Shown one piece after another: positions 12,395-25,230 of a stretch of DNA of 64,000 nucleotides. The position numbers and the translations under genes were made by a program. The notes under the pieces are model-generated. The model had not been told where the DNA came from. It made no database searches and worked only from the letters and a program-made list of their open reading frames with translations. How positions within the stretch are numbered: position 1 is the first letter of the stretch; each line of letters opens with the position of its first letter. Source of the DNA: Carcharhinus amblyrhynchos (taxonomy: Eukaryota); contig OZ336878.1 of the NCBI GenBank assembly GCA_965287045.1, positions 104,532,001 through 104,596,000 on the forward strand, written 5' to 3'.

Positions 12395-12501
12395 GGGGGG
12401 TGGGGGGAGGGGCGGGTGTGTGTGTGTGTGTGTTGGGGGGGGCGATGTTTGGGGAGGGGGAGGGGGGTGTTGGCGGGGGGGGGGTGGTGTTGGGCGGGGG
12501 G
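12395..12501 (+). repeat. G-rich/(TG)n low-complexity tract, G-quadruplex potential
   Basis: Many G-runs of 4 or more, plus a TG run. Confidence 0.9.
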
Positions 12502-13318
12502 ATTCTTCATCTTACCATCACTTTCTCCTCTTGTCCCGTCTGAGAAAAAAAAACAAACATTTTCAATTTTTTTTCAGACACGTGGCAGAAATACCGCACC
12601 ACATATTCTGCATACAGAGACTGAAGGACCCAAAACCTGATTGGCATGTTCGAAAGGCAGCGGATGATTTTATTCCAAGGTGTTTGCGTTTAAACAATAA
12701 TAAAATTAACTTTCCCCCGAGGTTATATACGTTCCAGAAAGTAGACAATTTATTTATGACTGATGATTTGCGAATTCCGAAGGTTGCTTCGCCAAGCCGG
12801 CATCAATTAAAAACAGTAACTTTGACATTTAATTATATATTAGCGTAAACAAAGAAATAAACAACAACAAATCGGCGCATGGAATAGTTTGTCACCAGGC
12901 AAAATTGAAGAGACAACCGAATTGTTTCGATATTTCGACAGCATTTACGCATGAACAGCATTACTCTGCATTTGCGACGCAAATCCAGGCCAGATTCAAC
13001 CAGAATGCCATATATCCACCCCCTCACCCCCTCCCCAGAATGGCATAAATGTGTGTTTACAAAAACAACGCACATTTCAAGGTCACTTTCACCGGTTTTA
13101 TAAGCTGAGTTCAAATCCGACTGTCCGATTATTAGCCCAGGCCTCATACCAATGACATACCAATGGGTCATAGCCTGCCCTTAGCTTGCGAGACCTAGGT
13201 ATTAATTTTCATACGACTAAAACTATAGCAGAAAATCGTAAAAACGGTAATTAATTCCCCTTTACATGTAACAAGTTTCGGTCACATGCCAGAATTTGAA
13301 TGTGTCAGCCATTGCCAA

Positions 13319-13361
13319 GGGGCGGGGGGCGGGGGGGGGGATGGGGAGTGGGGGGGGGGGG
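13319..13361 (+). repeat. Poly-G tract at the position homologous to 12395-12501
   Basis: GGGGCGGGGGGCGGGGGGGGGGATGGGGAGTGGGGGGGGGGGG between CCATTGCCAA and TCTTCCTCTTACCATCA. Confidence 0.9.
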
Positions 13362-16300
13362 TCTTCCTCTTACCATCAGTTCCTTCCGTTGCCACACCGG
13401 AGAGAAAGTAAACATTTTAAAATTACATTTTTTAAACATGCGGCAGATAAATCACACCATAATTTCTGCACACCGAATTGAAAGGTCTAAAAGCTGATTT
13501 GGATATTTGAATGTAGGCGGATGATTTTGTCACAGGGGATTTCCGTTTAATCATGAGCTAATTTAACTTTCCCCCGAGGTTGCATACGTTCTAGAAAGTG
13601 GACAATTTATTTACGCCTGATTATATTCGAATTCTGAAAGCGGTTTCGCCCAGCCGGGATCAATTAAAACAAATAACTTTGACATTTCATTTTACATAAG
13701 CGTAAACAAAGAAATGAACAATAACAAATCAAAGCACGAACTTGCTTGGCGCCAAATATAATTGAAGTTAACAGAATAGAATCGGGAATGATACATGGGC
13801 GCCACTGGCCCGCAATATTTTACAGCTTCACACGAAAGGACAAAATGCCTGACAGTATGAAGTTTCACTGGTATTCAACGATGCATGTCGCACAATCATA
13901 ATAGCAAGCGGAATGAAATTTTGTCCAGTGAGCTGCCCTGTAACAGTGAAATCCCCATAAAACTCTCACTGCGAGTAATTAGCAACATGATATATAGCAT
14001 AGATGCACTCGCCACAAATTTATACATGGATGTTCCTTGTAAGATTAAAGCGAATAAAAATAAGAAATGCTTCATGTCCACTTCGAAATCTATATTCCAA
14101 ATTTAAATCCATGCTCTTGTTCAGAAGTGGCAAGCAACTGTTTTTGTACCGTTTCACACAACACTCGGAAGTTGCCATGTCGTGTGCTCTAATTATCTGA
14201 CATTATGACTCCCACCTGTTCGCAGGTGAAAAGCCGTGAAATTTGAAGGACAATGGGTATAATCCCTGTAATAACGATGTCTGCTATTTTAAGCATTTGA
14301 ATGGGTGTTTTAATACACTGAGCTCTTCCGGAACTACTTTTGCCTCAGTAAGGTCACAGGAAGATTTAGTGCTGTTGTGGCCTTGATATTGGCGAATGTC
14401 CACTCGCTGGCGCAATTCTGTATCAAAAGTGGATGCAATGTGTGCCATTAAAACATGCAATAAATTCACTTGCCTAATAGCATTTCGAAACCCGTACCTG
14501 CGGCCCAAGATCAGTCCTCGTACGTAAACTACAAAAGATACAACGACCGCTCCCAGAGAGAAAAAAAATGTCCTGGAAATGCAGCATTATTCCTTCAACA
14601 TCACTTGACGATATTTGGAAATCCATGTGCAAGTGGTATGTGTGTAGCTTCCACGGCCAATTGGAGCATTTCATCATACAGGTTTTTTTTCTTTGCGGGG
14701 GAGGGAATGTTTCCTCACCGGTGAGGCCTGTCCATTTTGCTCATCCAAAATTTTCGTCGAACAGATGGTCTTGAGGTTGCATTCCATGTAAGGTAGGAAT
14801 TCGCACAGTTGCGTTCGGGAGGCAATTCTAGGGTTTGTACCTAGTGATAGTGTGAGAATGGCGATATATTTCAAATACGAAATTGCATGTGTCTCGGATC
14901 TTATTTGATTTGATTTCGTAGCAGGTAGATACAACGGAATTGTTTGGATATTTAGACAGCATTTTAGCGTCAAACGCATTACTCTGCATCTGGCGGGCAG
15001 GTCTAGGCCAGACTAAACAAGCATGGTATAAGTCCACCTTAGAATGGCATTAACGTGTGATGTGTGCGTTTTACTGCAATTAACATATACTTCACTACCA
15101 CTTTCACGGGATTTGTAAACTGCATTCAAATCCAACTGTGAAACTTGGAAGCGTTGCCTCCGAATATTAATCCAGACATGACTATTCCAAAGACATTGCA
15201 ACTGGGCCGTGGCGTCCACTTATTTTGCGAGTCTCCAGTCTGTGGTTTTAATGCGATTTAAACCATAGACGAAAATATCGTAAAAATGGCGAACAAATCC
15301 CTTTTCTATGCAATAACTTTCAGTCAACTGCCAGAATTTGAATATACTAACCATTGCCAAGGGTGAAAAATGTTCGTCTTACCATCAGTATCTCCTGCTG
15401 ATTCGGCTGGGAAAACGGGTGAACATTTTCAAATTACATTTTTGAGACACCTGACAGAAATACCGCAAAACTGACAGTCCTAAAAACTGATTAGCATATT
15501 CGAATGGTCGTAAATGATTTTATAACCAGGAATTTGCGATTCGCAAGAATTAATTTGTCTTTACTCCTAGATCATGCACGTTGCTGAAAGCATGCAGTTT
15601 AGTTATGACTGATTATTTGCGAATCCTGAAGGTTTTCTCGTCAATCCGGAATCGATTCAATACAATGATGTCTGGCAATTCATTGTCTTTTAGCACAAAT
15701 GAAGAAGTGAACAGCAAGAAATGAGCTAGCGTCAAACAAAATTTAAGTTAATAGAAAAACAAATTGGGAGAGCTACGAGAGCTAACTGCCCGAAATCATT
15801 TACAGTTTAACAAAAAAAATGACAAAATGATGAAAATATAAAGCTTCTCTGTCATTCGGCAGTGCACGAGGCTTAATCATAATAGCAAGCAGAATTAGAC
15901 GCTTTTTTCTGCTGAATTGTTGCGTTAACAGTAAAATCCCCAGAACATCACATTGTGACTGATTAGAAACATGCTGAGATCGGCACATAGGAAATGCAGA
16001 TATGGATATTCCTTGTCAGATCGAAGCATATAAAAGTCAGTCATGCTTCATGCCCCATTCGTAGTCGAAATTCCAAACTAAAATCCATGGTCTTATTCAG
16101 ATGTGGCGGGAAATTGTCTTTGTATTGTCACACTCCTCATTTGTGGATTCACATAGATTGTGGTTTGGTTATTTGTGATTATGGCTCTCAACTTTTCGCA
16201 AATAAGTATCATTCTTGAATTAATGATGCCTGCCGCTGTAGGCATTTTAATGGACGGTTCAACAGACTTAGCTCTTCCAGAACTACCTTTGTCTCAGCAA

Positions 16301-18559
16301 AATCAGAGGAAGAGTCCCTGATTTGCAGACTTAATAGTGGCGAACGAATTTGCGTCCCATATTGTGAGACCTAAGTATATGCCACTCAGTGGCTCAATTG
16401 TGAATAAAACATGGCAGTGTGTACCATTAAAACATGAAATAATTAACTTGCCAAGTATCCTTTAAAATATGTCGAAACCCCTACTTGCTATCCAAGTGCA
16501 ATCTGCACGGAAAGTACGCTCGATATAAACAACGCGACAAGAGTAAAGCCACGGAAGTACAAAAAAAAGCACAGCACCACAAATTCTGCAAACCGAGTTT
16601 GAAAGGACAACAAACTGGTTTGCATATTCGATTGGTAGCGGATGATTTTATCAGCGGGGATTTCCGTTTAATAATAAATTAAATTTCCGTTACGCCTAGG
16701 TTATATTCATTCCAGAAAACATACAATTTATTTATGACGGATTATTTGCGAATTCTGGAAGTTGTTTCTCCCAGCCGGGATCAACTCAAAACATCACCTG
16801 TTTCATTTCATTGTCTATTATCGTTAATCAAAAAGTGAACAACAACAAATTGCGATTGAACTGTATTCGCACCACTAAAACTGATATCATTTTTAAAAAA
16901 AGCAGTGATACACGAGAGCCAACTGGTCCACAATGTTTTACCGTTTATCATGAAATGCTAAAATAACTGAAATTATGAAGTTGTTTTTTTTCTGGCATTC
17001 AGCGGTTCATGAGCGACAGTCATATCAGCAAGTACAATGTCATTTTGTCCGGTGAATTTCTGTGCAACAGTAAAATCCCAGAACACTCTCATTGTGATTA
17101 ATTAGAAACATGCTGAGATAGAGACATGGGAAATTCATCTATCGATGTTTCTTGTAAGATCAGAGCGAATAAAAGTAAGAAATGCTCCTGGCCCATTCCG
17201 TGTATGAAATTCCAAATTTAAATGCATGGCCTTTTTCAGAAGTATTAAGGGGCAGGCAATTGTTTTTATATTGTTGCATTCTTCACTCGGAGGTTGGCAT
17301 GGATTTTGGATTAATTTCTGATTAGGACTCCCACGTGTTTGCAGGTAACACGCGCGCAATTTGTATGCAAATAGATATAATTCTTGAATTAATGCTGCCT
17401 GACGCTGCGAGTATTTGAATGGACTGTTCAATACATATAGCTCTTCCGGAATTACTTTTGCCTCAGCGAAGTTACAGGAAGATTCCCTGCTGTGCGCTCT
17501 TAATAGTGGCGAGCATTTGGACACGTAAACATGCGTCACTCACTGCCTTAGTTGTATGTAAATCGGGGCTGCAGAGTGTACCATTAAAACGCGCAATAGC
17601 TTAACATGCCAAGTGTTCTTTGTAACATCTCGAAGCTCATAGCTGAGATCCATGATCAGTCATTACACGGAACGCACACGAGATACAGCCGCCGCTAGGA
17701 GAGAGAAAACAAATTGTGGAGTGGAATTACAGCATCGTTCCTTCAACGTCAGCCCGTGAAAATTTGGAAATCTCTACGCAAGAGCAACGTCTGTAGCTTC
17801 CACGGTCAACTGCAACAGTTCACCAGACATGGTCAAGCACCGTCTAGAAGGTGACTACGAACTGCTGTCCACAACAGAAGAATAGGTAATTAACGTAAAT
17901 AAAGGAAACCGAAAATAAATTAGGCCTACACGTGCTTGTTGTCGAACCATGCAATTGTTTCTTTAAATCTGTAAAAAAAATCGTGATAAATTCTACACGC
18001 TGAGTGATTTAGGACAGCATTTCACAACGTTTGCACAGAATTAAACATTTATTTAAAAACCCTTGGCCGTGCAGAAAGATTGATTGATGACTGTTTCTTT
18101 GATTTGAGAATGCAGGTTTCCAGGTTAAACAATGATCATCGTCTTTGCATAAATGTACATGAATTCACATTATATTGTTTGATTCCGTAGCGTCAAAGTT
18201 TTTGATCCGTTTGATCGAAGTTTGTCTGGGGAGGATTTTAATCGTTTGTTGTCATTTGTGGCACCTCAAATTTAGTTCGGCTTCTGCCAATGGAACTCGA
18301 TATCAAAAATGGTTTCCATCTTTTGCCACCTTTAATTACAAGTCTTGATGACGTAATTTTCATATATTAGGAGATCGTGATTTAGATTCAGGTAGTCATC
18401 ATGACACATATGCCGGACATTCGGAACCTCGGGTCCATGTTGACTCCATTATGGAGAATCCATTTAGGCTTAGTGCCCCGCCCGTCCTCAATAATGGGCA
18501 TTTATTTTCCTCAAGTGGAATTCCATTCTTACTTTGAAATCACGACTTTTCTCCACACC

Positions 18560-20880
18560 TCGTCCACTCTTAGGCAGCAAATTTTAAGCTCCCTTCAACA
18601 AATCTTGCCTCAGCAACCATATTTTCTCCTTGTTCGTGTACGATCAGGAAAGTTAGCACTTCCGTTTTTGCCATAACTAAACACGACATAAAGGGTGACA
18701 CTCCATCAAATGCCCCCATTATCTTTCCTACTAGCAAAATAATATTAATATTTTTTGTCACTGAAATTATATACCTAAAATCATTATGTCCAGCATATGT
18801 TATTTGCATGGTCTCATTTCCAAAGTCTGCTGACCACAACTGATCACATTAATTTAGTTTTGGCATAATCAGAGATTTATAAATGTTCAGTATAAACACG
18901 CATGAAGTCGTTTTTGTTTCCCCTCGTCAATCCATGAACGTGTCCCGTCATATTCAAACATTTATTCATACTCCCACCTAATCATGGGAAACACCAATGT
19001 CTACCATTCTCCAGTCACAAAAGTGCATGTACCGTAAGTCAATGTTTCATCGCCTTAAACTATTTTTAAAAATCGAATCAAACAATGGCGCTCATTTCTC
19101 ATGAACTTTCAGCTTCTGTCAATAATTTTATATGGCAATTTCTAAATAAAGCTACGTATACGACATCCATGGCATTAACTTCACCCGCTAACTCTGTTGC
19201 TTTACCAAACATATTCAATCAAATTTATCTACCAGGATCTGTCATTACTAATTAGCGTCAGCTTTCACTCGCTCAAAACTTTCCACGTCTCTCTCAAACT
19301 TTATATAAATATTATTCACGAAGGTTTACCAATCATTGAAGTTAAATTGATTGGCTTGCCAATACAGGGAACATCCGGACACCCCTTCTTGATTTTCCAC
19401 TCTCCTTCCTTTACCATTAACTCTGTATGAAGGAAGGTAGTAAGATTGCAGAAAGAAATTCCGTTGACTGTTTCTCTCCCTAATTCTTCTTACCATCCCT
19501 CCCCCCGCGGACCATTTGGAACATTGCTGATTCCAGCTGGTCACGATCAGACGGCCAAGCCATACTAAGCTTTGCCAGCGTTTTTAGCAGATTCTGTGGA
19601 TTATTTTTTCGCAATATCGACTACCTCGCGATGTCAGTAGCTTGTCAATATACTTTTCATTAGCATATGATATAATTCAGTTATTTAACGTTGCAACCAC
19701 GATCTGCATCTCTAGGTGTTTGACTCATTGGTCCCAATTGATCCACCCCACTGCTACAGAGCTGTTGATGATTATTTTTTTTTACGAGATTCCGATTTAT
19801 CTTTATATTTCTTTGCCATAAATTTCTCGCATTCTCCCTTTGCCTGTTTCATTTTTCATCTTCAATTCAACTGTCAAGGATTTGTATTCAGACTGGAAAT
19901 GTCTTAACAAATTCATGTGGCGTAACATTATATAGCGTCATAACTGTGTTTTTTTTAAAAGAACTTCACAATCCCAAGTAGCCTTGACTTTGACACACTT
20001 TTTCCTTGTTCTTGTGATACTGCACCTATGTGTATGAAAAGTCGCCTGTACAAAGTTTTTCTATTGTTGCTATCTTTTCTGCCAATCTTTTCCCCACTTT
20101 ACCTTAGCTGTATCACTTTCACTCAAAAGACGTTTCCCCTATTCCAATTAGATAGTTCACCTCAGAAGGTTACTTGATATTCTTCATTCTTTACACGCCA
20201 TTAAACTATAATCACAGGCACCCAAGTGTTCCCCATTGTAAATTAGTTCATTTAGCCGACTTTAATCCCCAGCGGCTTATCCAGCAGAACCTCTTCAAGC
20301 GTTGGACCGAGAAAATACTCGTAAAGGAATTTCTGCTAAGTAGATTTTGAAATCCCTCCAATCCCTATGCTTTAAGCACACCAGCTCAAAATTCTGGTAT
20401 GGTCAGAAACCCGCATATTAATACTTCATGGCTCTCAATCATCTCTTTGATTTCACTGCATATTTACACGCCCATCTGCCGGCAAGGCCGGTGGGCAATA
20501 TGATAAATAGTCCATCTATGGGGGTATTGCACAAGATTTTGTTCTTCCCGGAGACATATGCATTCCCAGCTCCCCCACGATATAGTGGCGCCATTTTAAT
20601 TTCTGTTGGTGCCTTCATGGTTGCAGGTACTTTGTACTTCCTACATTCAGTGCACCACTAGAAACAGGGTAGCAGCAGATCACATATGCTTTCCTTTCTC
20701 TGCAAATTTTGGATTCGCTTGAGGCAGATGTGTTTTGGACAGGTCCAGTCCTATATAGTTCCGACCTACCTCTGAAAATAAAACCTTCTAGTTCTGCAGT
20801 TGTGTCTGCAGGCGAGTGATATGTAAGATTGTGCAAGAAATCCCAGAGGAAACGCATAACAACCAAATGATTACGAACAT
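18560..20880 (-). mobile_element. Long, ancient CR1 LINE relic (RT region through to ORF1-like region)
   Basis: Reverse complement of 19325-19360 gives PINLTSMIGKP (cf. PISLTSVVGK). A DVVYxxF-like block lies near 19140-19170. GFIFRGRSELYRTG near 20740-20790 resembles the CR1 ORF1 esterase C-terminus. Confidence 0.65.
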
Positions 20881-21698
20881 ATGGGATTAACTCGCACGCA
20901 GAATCATAGAATCAGAGAAACCCTGCATTGCAGAATGGTTGGAGCAAAGGGCATAGATGATTTAAAAATGAAACAGGAGAAGCACCTGTGGTAATTGGGA
21001 ATCCAATGTTTCGGCGACGCACGTGCCAAGCAAGTTGAAAGGATTTTTCTTTGGCCAGAATAGTCTATCTTGGCGCCACAAAAATCTATGTAAGCACTTC
21101 TTAAAATAAGTCAATCATATGTTAAAAAATGAAAACTGTGACCTTCCTCAATCCCACTGACAGCCGCCGCCCCTTTAAGCCAAAATTTCAGCCATTAGTT
21201 CCTTCAGACTCCTTTGCGCTGGTCCACTGGTTCCAGAACTCGACACTACGTGCCATTATCGAACGATATTTGACTTCGTGCCTACTCCAATAAGTTACCC
21301 TAGCGACAGCAGCTTCTACTTCTCAACTGCGCTTTATTATTGCTTTCGGCTTCTCTTCCTTCACTGCCTCACGCATGCCCTCTCTTCTATGCATTCGTTT
21401 CCCGATATGTCTGGCAAATATTAAAATGCGAATTGAGTTCAGTATTTTTTTCGGACATGCGCTTGATCAAAATACACCTGCGTTTGTATGGCTGCGGCTA
21501 TGTTGAAGAGAAAACAATACAACATAATTAATTGTGGCCTGTCTGTTCTTCATCGACCACAGATTTTGCGACAGCGCAGCAAACTAAATTTTATTAACAT
21601 CAATCGTACGTAGTTTGATGCAACAGTTTGATTAATTGAAAACGACAAAAAAAGGAAAAAATAAAGGGAGAAACTATTGCAAAAAGCCTCTATTCTCG

Positions 21699-21713
21699 TA
21701 GCCCCCTGCTGGG
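21699..21713 (-). promoter_or_regulatory. Candidate CTCF motif
   Basis: Reverse complement CCCAGCAGGGGGCTA closely matches the CTCF core CCAGCAGGGGGCGC. Motif match only. Confidence 0.45.
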
Positions 21714-21779
21714 CGTCTTAACTTCCCAATTTTGATCCTTACCGCCCCCTGTTTCTCCCTTTCTCTCCCTTTGCGTGTA

Positions 21780-22160
21780 TGTTTGTGCGCGCGCGTGTGT
21801 GTGTCTTTGTGTGTTTATATCATTATGTCTGTGCGACTGTGTATGTGCCTGTGTTGATGAATATCCAAACACGCTTAGGGCGCTGGTTGGGGTGATTGGT
21901 TAAGTGGGTTAGAAGTCCCAAGGCCGTCCAACGCTGACTCCCATTATATGACGGGCGATCTGCAGCGCGCGGAAATCAGCTGCCTAAAATGACATAAAAT
22001 GTTCGACTTTTCAAAACCGATTGTCCCCATTGATATGTTGCCCATTTGGTAACGTGCTTGGTGTGCTTTCTGCAACCCTCCAAAACCCTGCCCACTCTAC
22101 GCGCGCGTCCCGAAAACAGACTAACCCAGAGCAAAATGTCAAAAACGGCGTAACAGGACA
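21780..22160. promoter_or_regulatory. CpG-dense, promoter-like non-repeat patch
   Basis: Three CGCGCG-type clusters, an inverted CCAAT (ATTGG 21895-21899), CGGAAA and a CAGCTG E-box near 21970-21982. Confidence 0.3.
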
Positions 22161-23608
22161 CATGGAATCACATCAATTCAAAGTAGGACAATTAAAATAA
22201 TATACTGCCTGTTCATGTATATACACATTTCTGAATAGCCTACCTGAGAGTTCCTTTAACTTTCGAACTGTTGGAAAAAGAAAATAAAGCAGTGCTAAGC
22301 GTCAAGAAAGCTATTTCTCGGATCGAATTATTTTCCCGTGTCACATGTACGATATTATTTATTCCAGAATAGAAAAAAAAGTATGTTTTTCTTCAGCGTT
22401 ATCAAATAACAATATACAAGATATAAATCTATATAAATATAACATGAATCGCAGTAATATATGCTCATACTGTTGGTCCAATAGTTAGGACATCATTTGC
22501 TTAGACATAATTCGAAAAAGGGAACGTTCGTGCATCTGATCGGCCATTGCCCTTTCAGACAGGGCAAAAATTCAGATGGGTAGTGTTTGATCACCTATAT
22601 GTGCAAATCTCAGTCTGATTGTCAATTCCGATTTGAGTAAATGTGGAAGAGCTGAGTGCCATTTCCGGCTTGTAAATTAATTGGTTATGAATCCTGAAGT
22701 AAATATTGCACTGATCAATGTTTTATTGTTGCCCTTCCTTATGGGGCGCAACAGAACACATAAAGTGAAAATGAAAATCAAAGAATATTACTGACTGTAT
22801 TGATCACCGTCTGACCGGCGGAGTCAGAGAGAATCTGAGACTTTCTTTCAGAGTGGGAGGCTGCACAGAACGCACGTGACATGACACTGTGCTGCGTGAT
22901 AACTTTTCTTGCGGTGTGGAGATTGAATATTTTGGACGTGTAACTGACGTAATCAATTCTTTACGCAAGTTTGAACTTCCAACAAAATATCTCTCAGCCG
23001 AAATGCAGAGCACACCGTTAAATAACGAATTATTTTGGGTTCGGGTACACTTGAGTGCACTGGGTGGTTTGGGTAACTATCTTTCAATCTCTAGATTACT
23101 TATGACCCCACTGTTACCGTTCTCTAAAATTGTGCAGGCGGCACAGAATTAGTGGAGGCAACGAACTCAACTTATGATTTAAAAACAAAACAATGGTAGA
23201 TTTTCATTTTATTCCAGAGTGTTGGGCTCATAAAAAATACTTTTCGAGGCAGGAGAGACACCGTCAGACGCATGGTGCCAATCGTTAAAATATATCTGCC
23301 CTTAAATCCTTGGCTAATGACATATTCAAGCAAGTTGAACACTGCTTCCGATTTCCACTTGGAAATATTAAAATTGAATATCCCACCAATTTGGCAGAAG
23401 AATTAGCAGCTGGTCAGTTTGATTGCAGGTTGCTACAGTGCAGAATTGTAATATGTTGCTAAATTTCCAAAAGAAGGAAAAAAACTAGTTTCATACCCAG
23501 CGAATTCTATGCAATTGTTTCACGGGATCTTAGAATCGTTACATTTCAGTGGCAGTCGTACGCAGTTTTAAAGTTTTGCTGCTTCGCGGAAAGAGCATTC
23601 TGTCTCTT

Positions 23609-23985
23609 CATAACACAAGAACACATGAAGAAGAAACAGCGGAAGGTCACCAGACACTTTAAGCAGGTGCAGCCATTAAATACTCATTGCGAATCTATGC
23701 TGGCCTTCATACCTTTTCTTCGGCATTTCCACATAGTCCTCTACTCTTATCTACCACACCCTTTCAGGTAATTTATTTTCAGAGAGCAAACAGTTCCATT
23801 TCAAGTTGGATTGAACATGTCTTCTCCACATCTTGCTGAAATTCGTTCCAGCCTGTAATAAATCTTTAGGTGAAGACACTTCCATACGCCACCTTTGACA
23901 CTCACTTGTATATTGATGTGCTCTTGAGAGCGATTTTTTTAACTGTTTGCCTTGACATCGTGTACTGTCCTCTGCCCTTAAATAA
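23609..23985 (-). mobile_element. Decayed CR1 3' end
   Basis: CATAACACAAGAACACATGAAGAAG tail remnant followed by a CR1-like antisense 3'UTR/ORF2 pattern. Confidence 0.55.
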
Positions 23986-24909
23986 AGAGTCACAAAACCT
24001 ACCTGAATTCCATATTACATTGTGCAATGTTTTCAGCCCATGTATCATTTCATTTTCTTGGAGGGATCTCAAAACACGTTAAGTGAAATCGATGAGAAGC
24101 TAACTGTAACTTGGAATTATACAGCACCGTGTGCACTGTGCAGAGTCCATCAATGATCACTGTAGATAATTGATTATCAGATAATATATATATGTACATA
24201 TATTTATATTATATATATATATGCATTTGTCAAATAACTCCCTCTGGCTCGGTTTGCAGACGCATGTTACAGATTTGGGAGTGGGGTTACTCATTAAATC
24301 CCACATGCAATGTTCTTCAACTTTAACAACTATTTAAAGTTATCTTGATTCTCTGACAATCAAAAATTGCACCGAAATATAACTGATTTCTTAAAGAATC
24401 GTGAAATTTAACGTAATGTTTCACCAATTTCTATTCGCAGTCTCGCATTTTCTGAAAAAAAAGAATATTGAAAGATCAAGAAAAAAATGAATGTACTTAT
24501 GTCAAATTATTGATCCACGGTAACTACAGTTGTATTTCCTCTCACACCGGAGGCGATTAACAATAGCGGTTTGACAGCACCAGATTCTGGCGAATGCAGT
24601 ACGTGTTCACTGGGTTTAATCTGAGCCAAAGTCACTGGATGGAATATTTCTACAGGCAATCGAAACGCAGAGATGGAATTTTGCACGTCACAAATATATC
24701 CACCTTACCTTTTCTCAGTGCGTCCGCTGAGGAAAAATAAACACATGCATTTTGTTATGAAGGCGAAGTGAATTCATGTGGTGAAAGCCTGTTTGTTAAT
24801 CACTCAGATCCCACCTTGCACCTGTCACATTAGATCTATAAAATTGGGTGACTTGTGACCGTCATGTTAATGTCCACTGTGTCCCTTCTTTGTTTCCCAA
24901 ATGTATAAC

Positions 24910-25230
24910 ATTTGATGTGATTTGATTTGATTTATTATTCTCATGTGTTTTGCTATACAATGAAACGTATTGTTTGTTGCGCTCTATACAGACAAAACAT
25001 ACCATTCATAGACGACATAGGGGTCAACGAAAGGAAAGCGTGCTGAACGCAGTGTTACAGCCATAGTTAAGACGCAGAGAAAAATCGGTTTAATATAACG
25101 CTAGTTCATTTAAAAGTCTAATGGCTGCAGGGACGAATTTGTCCTTGAGTCAGTTGGTACGTGATCTAAGACTTCTGTCTCTTTCTTGAAAGAAAGTAGG
25201 CCCAGTGTGCGTGGGGTTCCTTTATAATGT
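24910..25230 (-). mobile_element. Rex1/Babar-like LINE 3' fragment
   Basis: (GATTT)n tail followed by AAGTCTAATGGCTGCAGGGACGAATTTGTCCTTGAGTCAGTTGGTACGTG...GTGCGTGGGGTTCCTT, which I recall as an elasmobranch Rex1-type antisense end. Confidence 0.6.

Larger units (their letters stand above)
8985..17830. repeat. Diverged modular tandem array, three ~2.7-3.1 kb units with internal sub-duplications
   Basis: Recurring anchors: TTTCAGTCAACTG(C/G)CAGAATTTGAA-type (near 9596, 12353, 13275, 15318); GCGGATGATTTT-type (near 10450, 12660, 13517, 15510, 16638); GCCGGGATCAA-type (near 10575, 11078, 12796, 13653, 15645, 16774); CCATTAAAAC (near 11483, 14445, 16424, 17581). Confidence 0.92.

Noticed and set aside
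12372-12848. 158-aa Gly-rich ORF
   Set aside because: Its length comes from the G/TG tract, and the frame is broken in paralogous copies.
8985-17830. Array as a tandem gene family, endogenous virus, or snoRNA/miRNA cluster
   Set aside because: Stops recur in the frames I translated, no protein motif was recognised, and I saw no consistent C/D or H/ACA boxes or conserved pre-miRNA hairpin. Module A is a LINE remnant.
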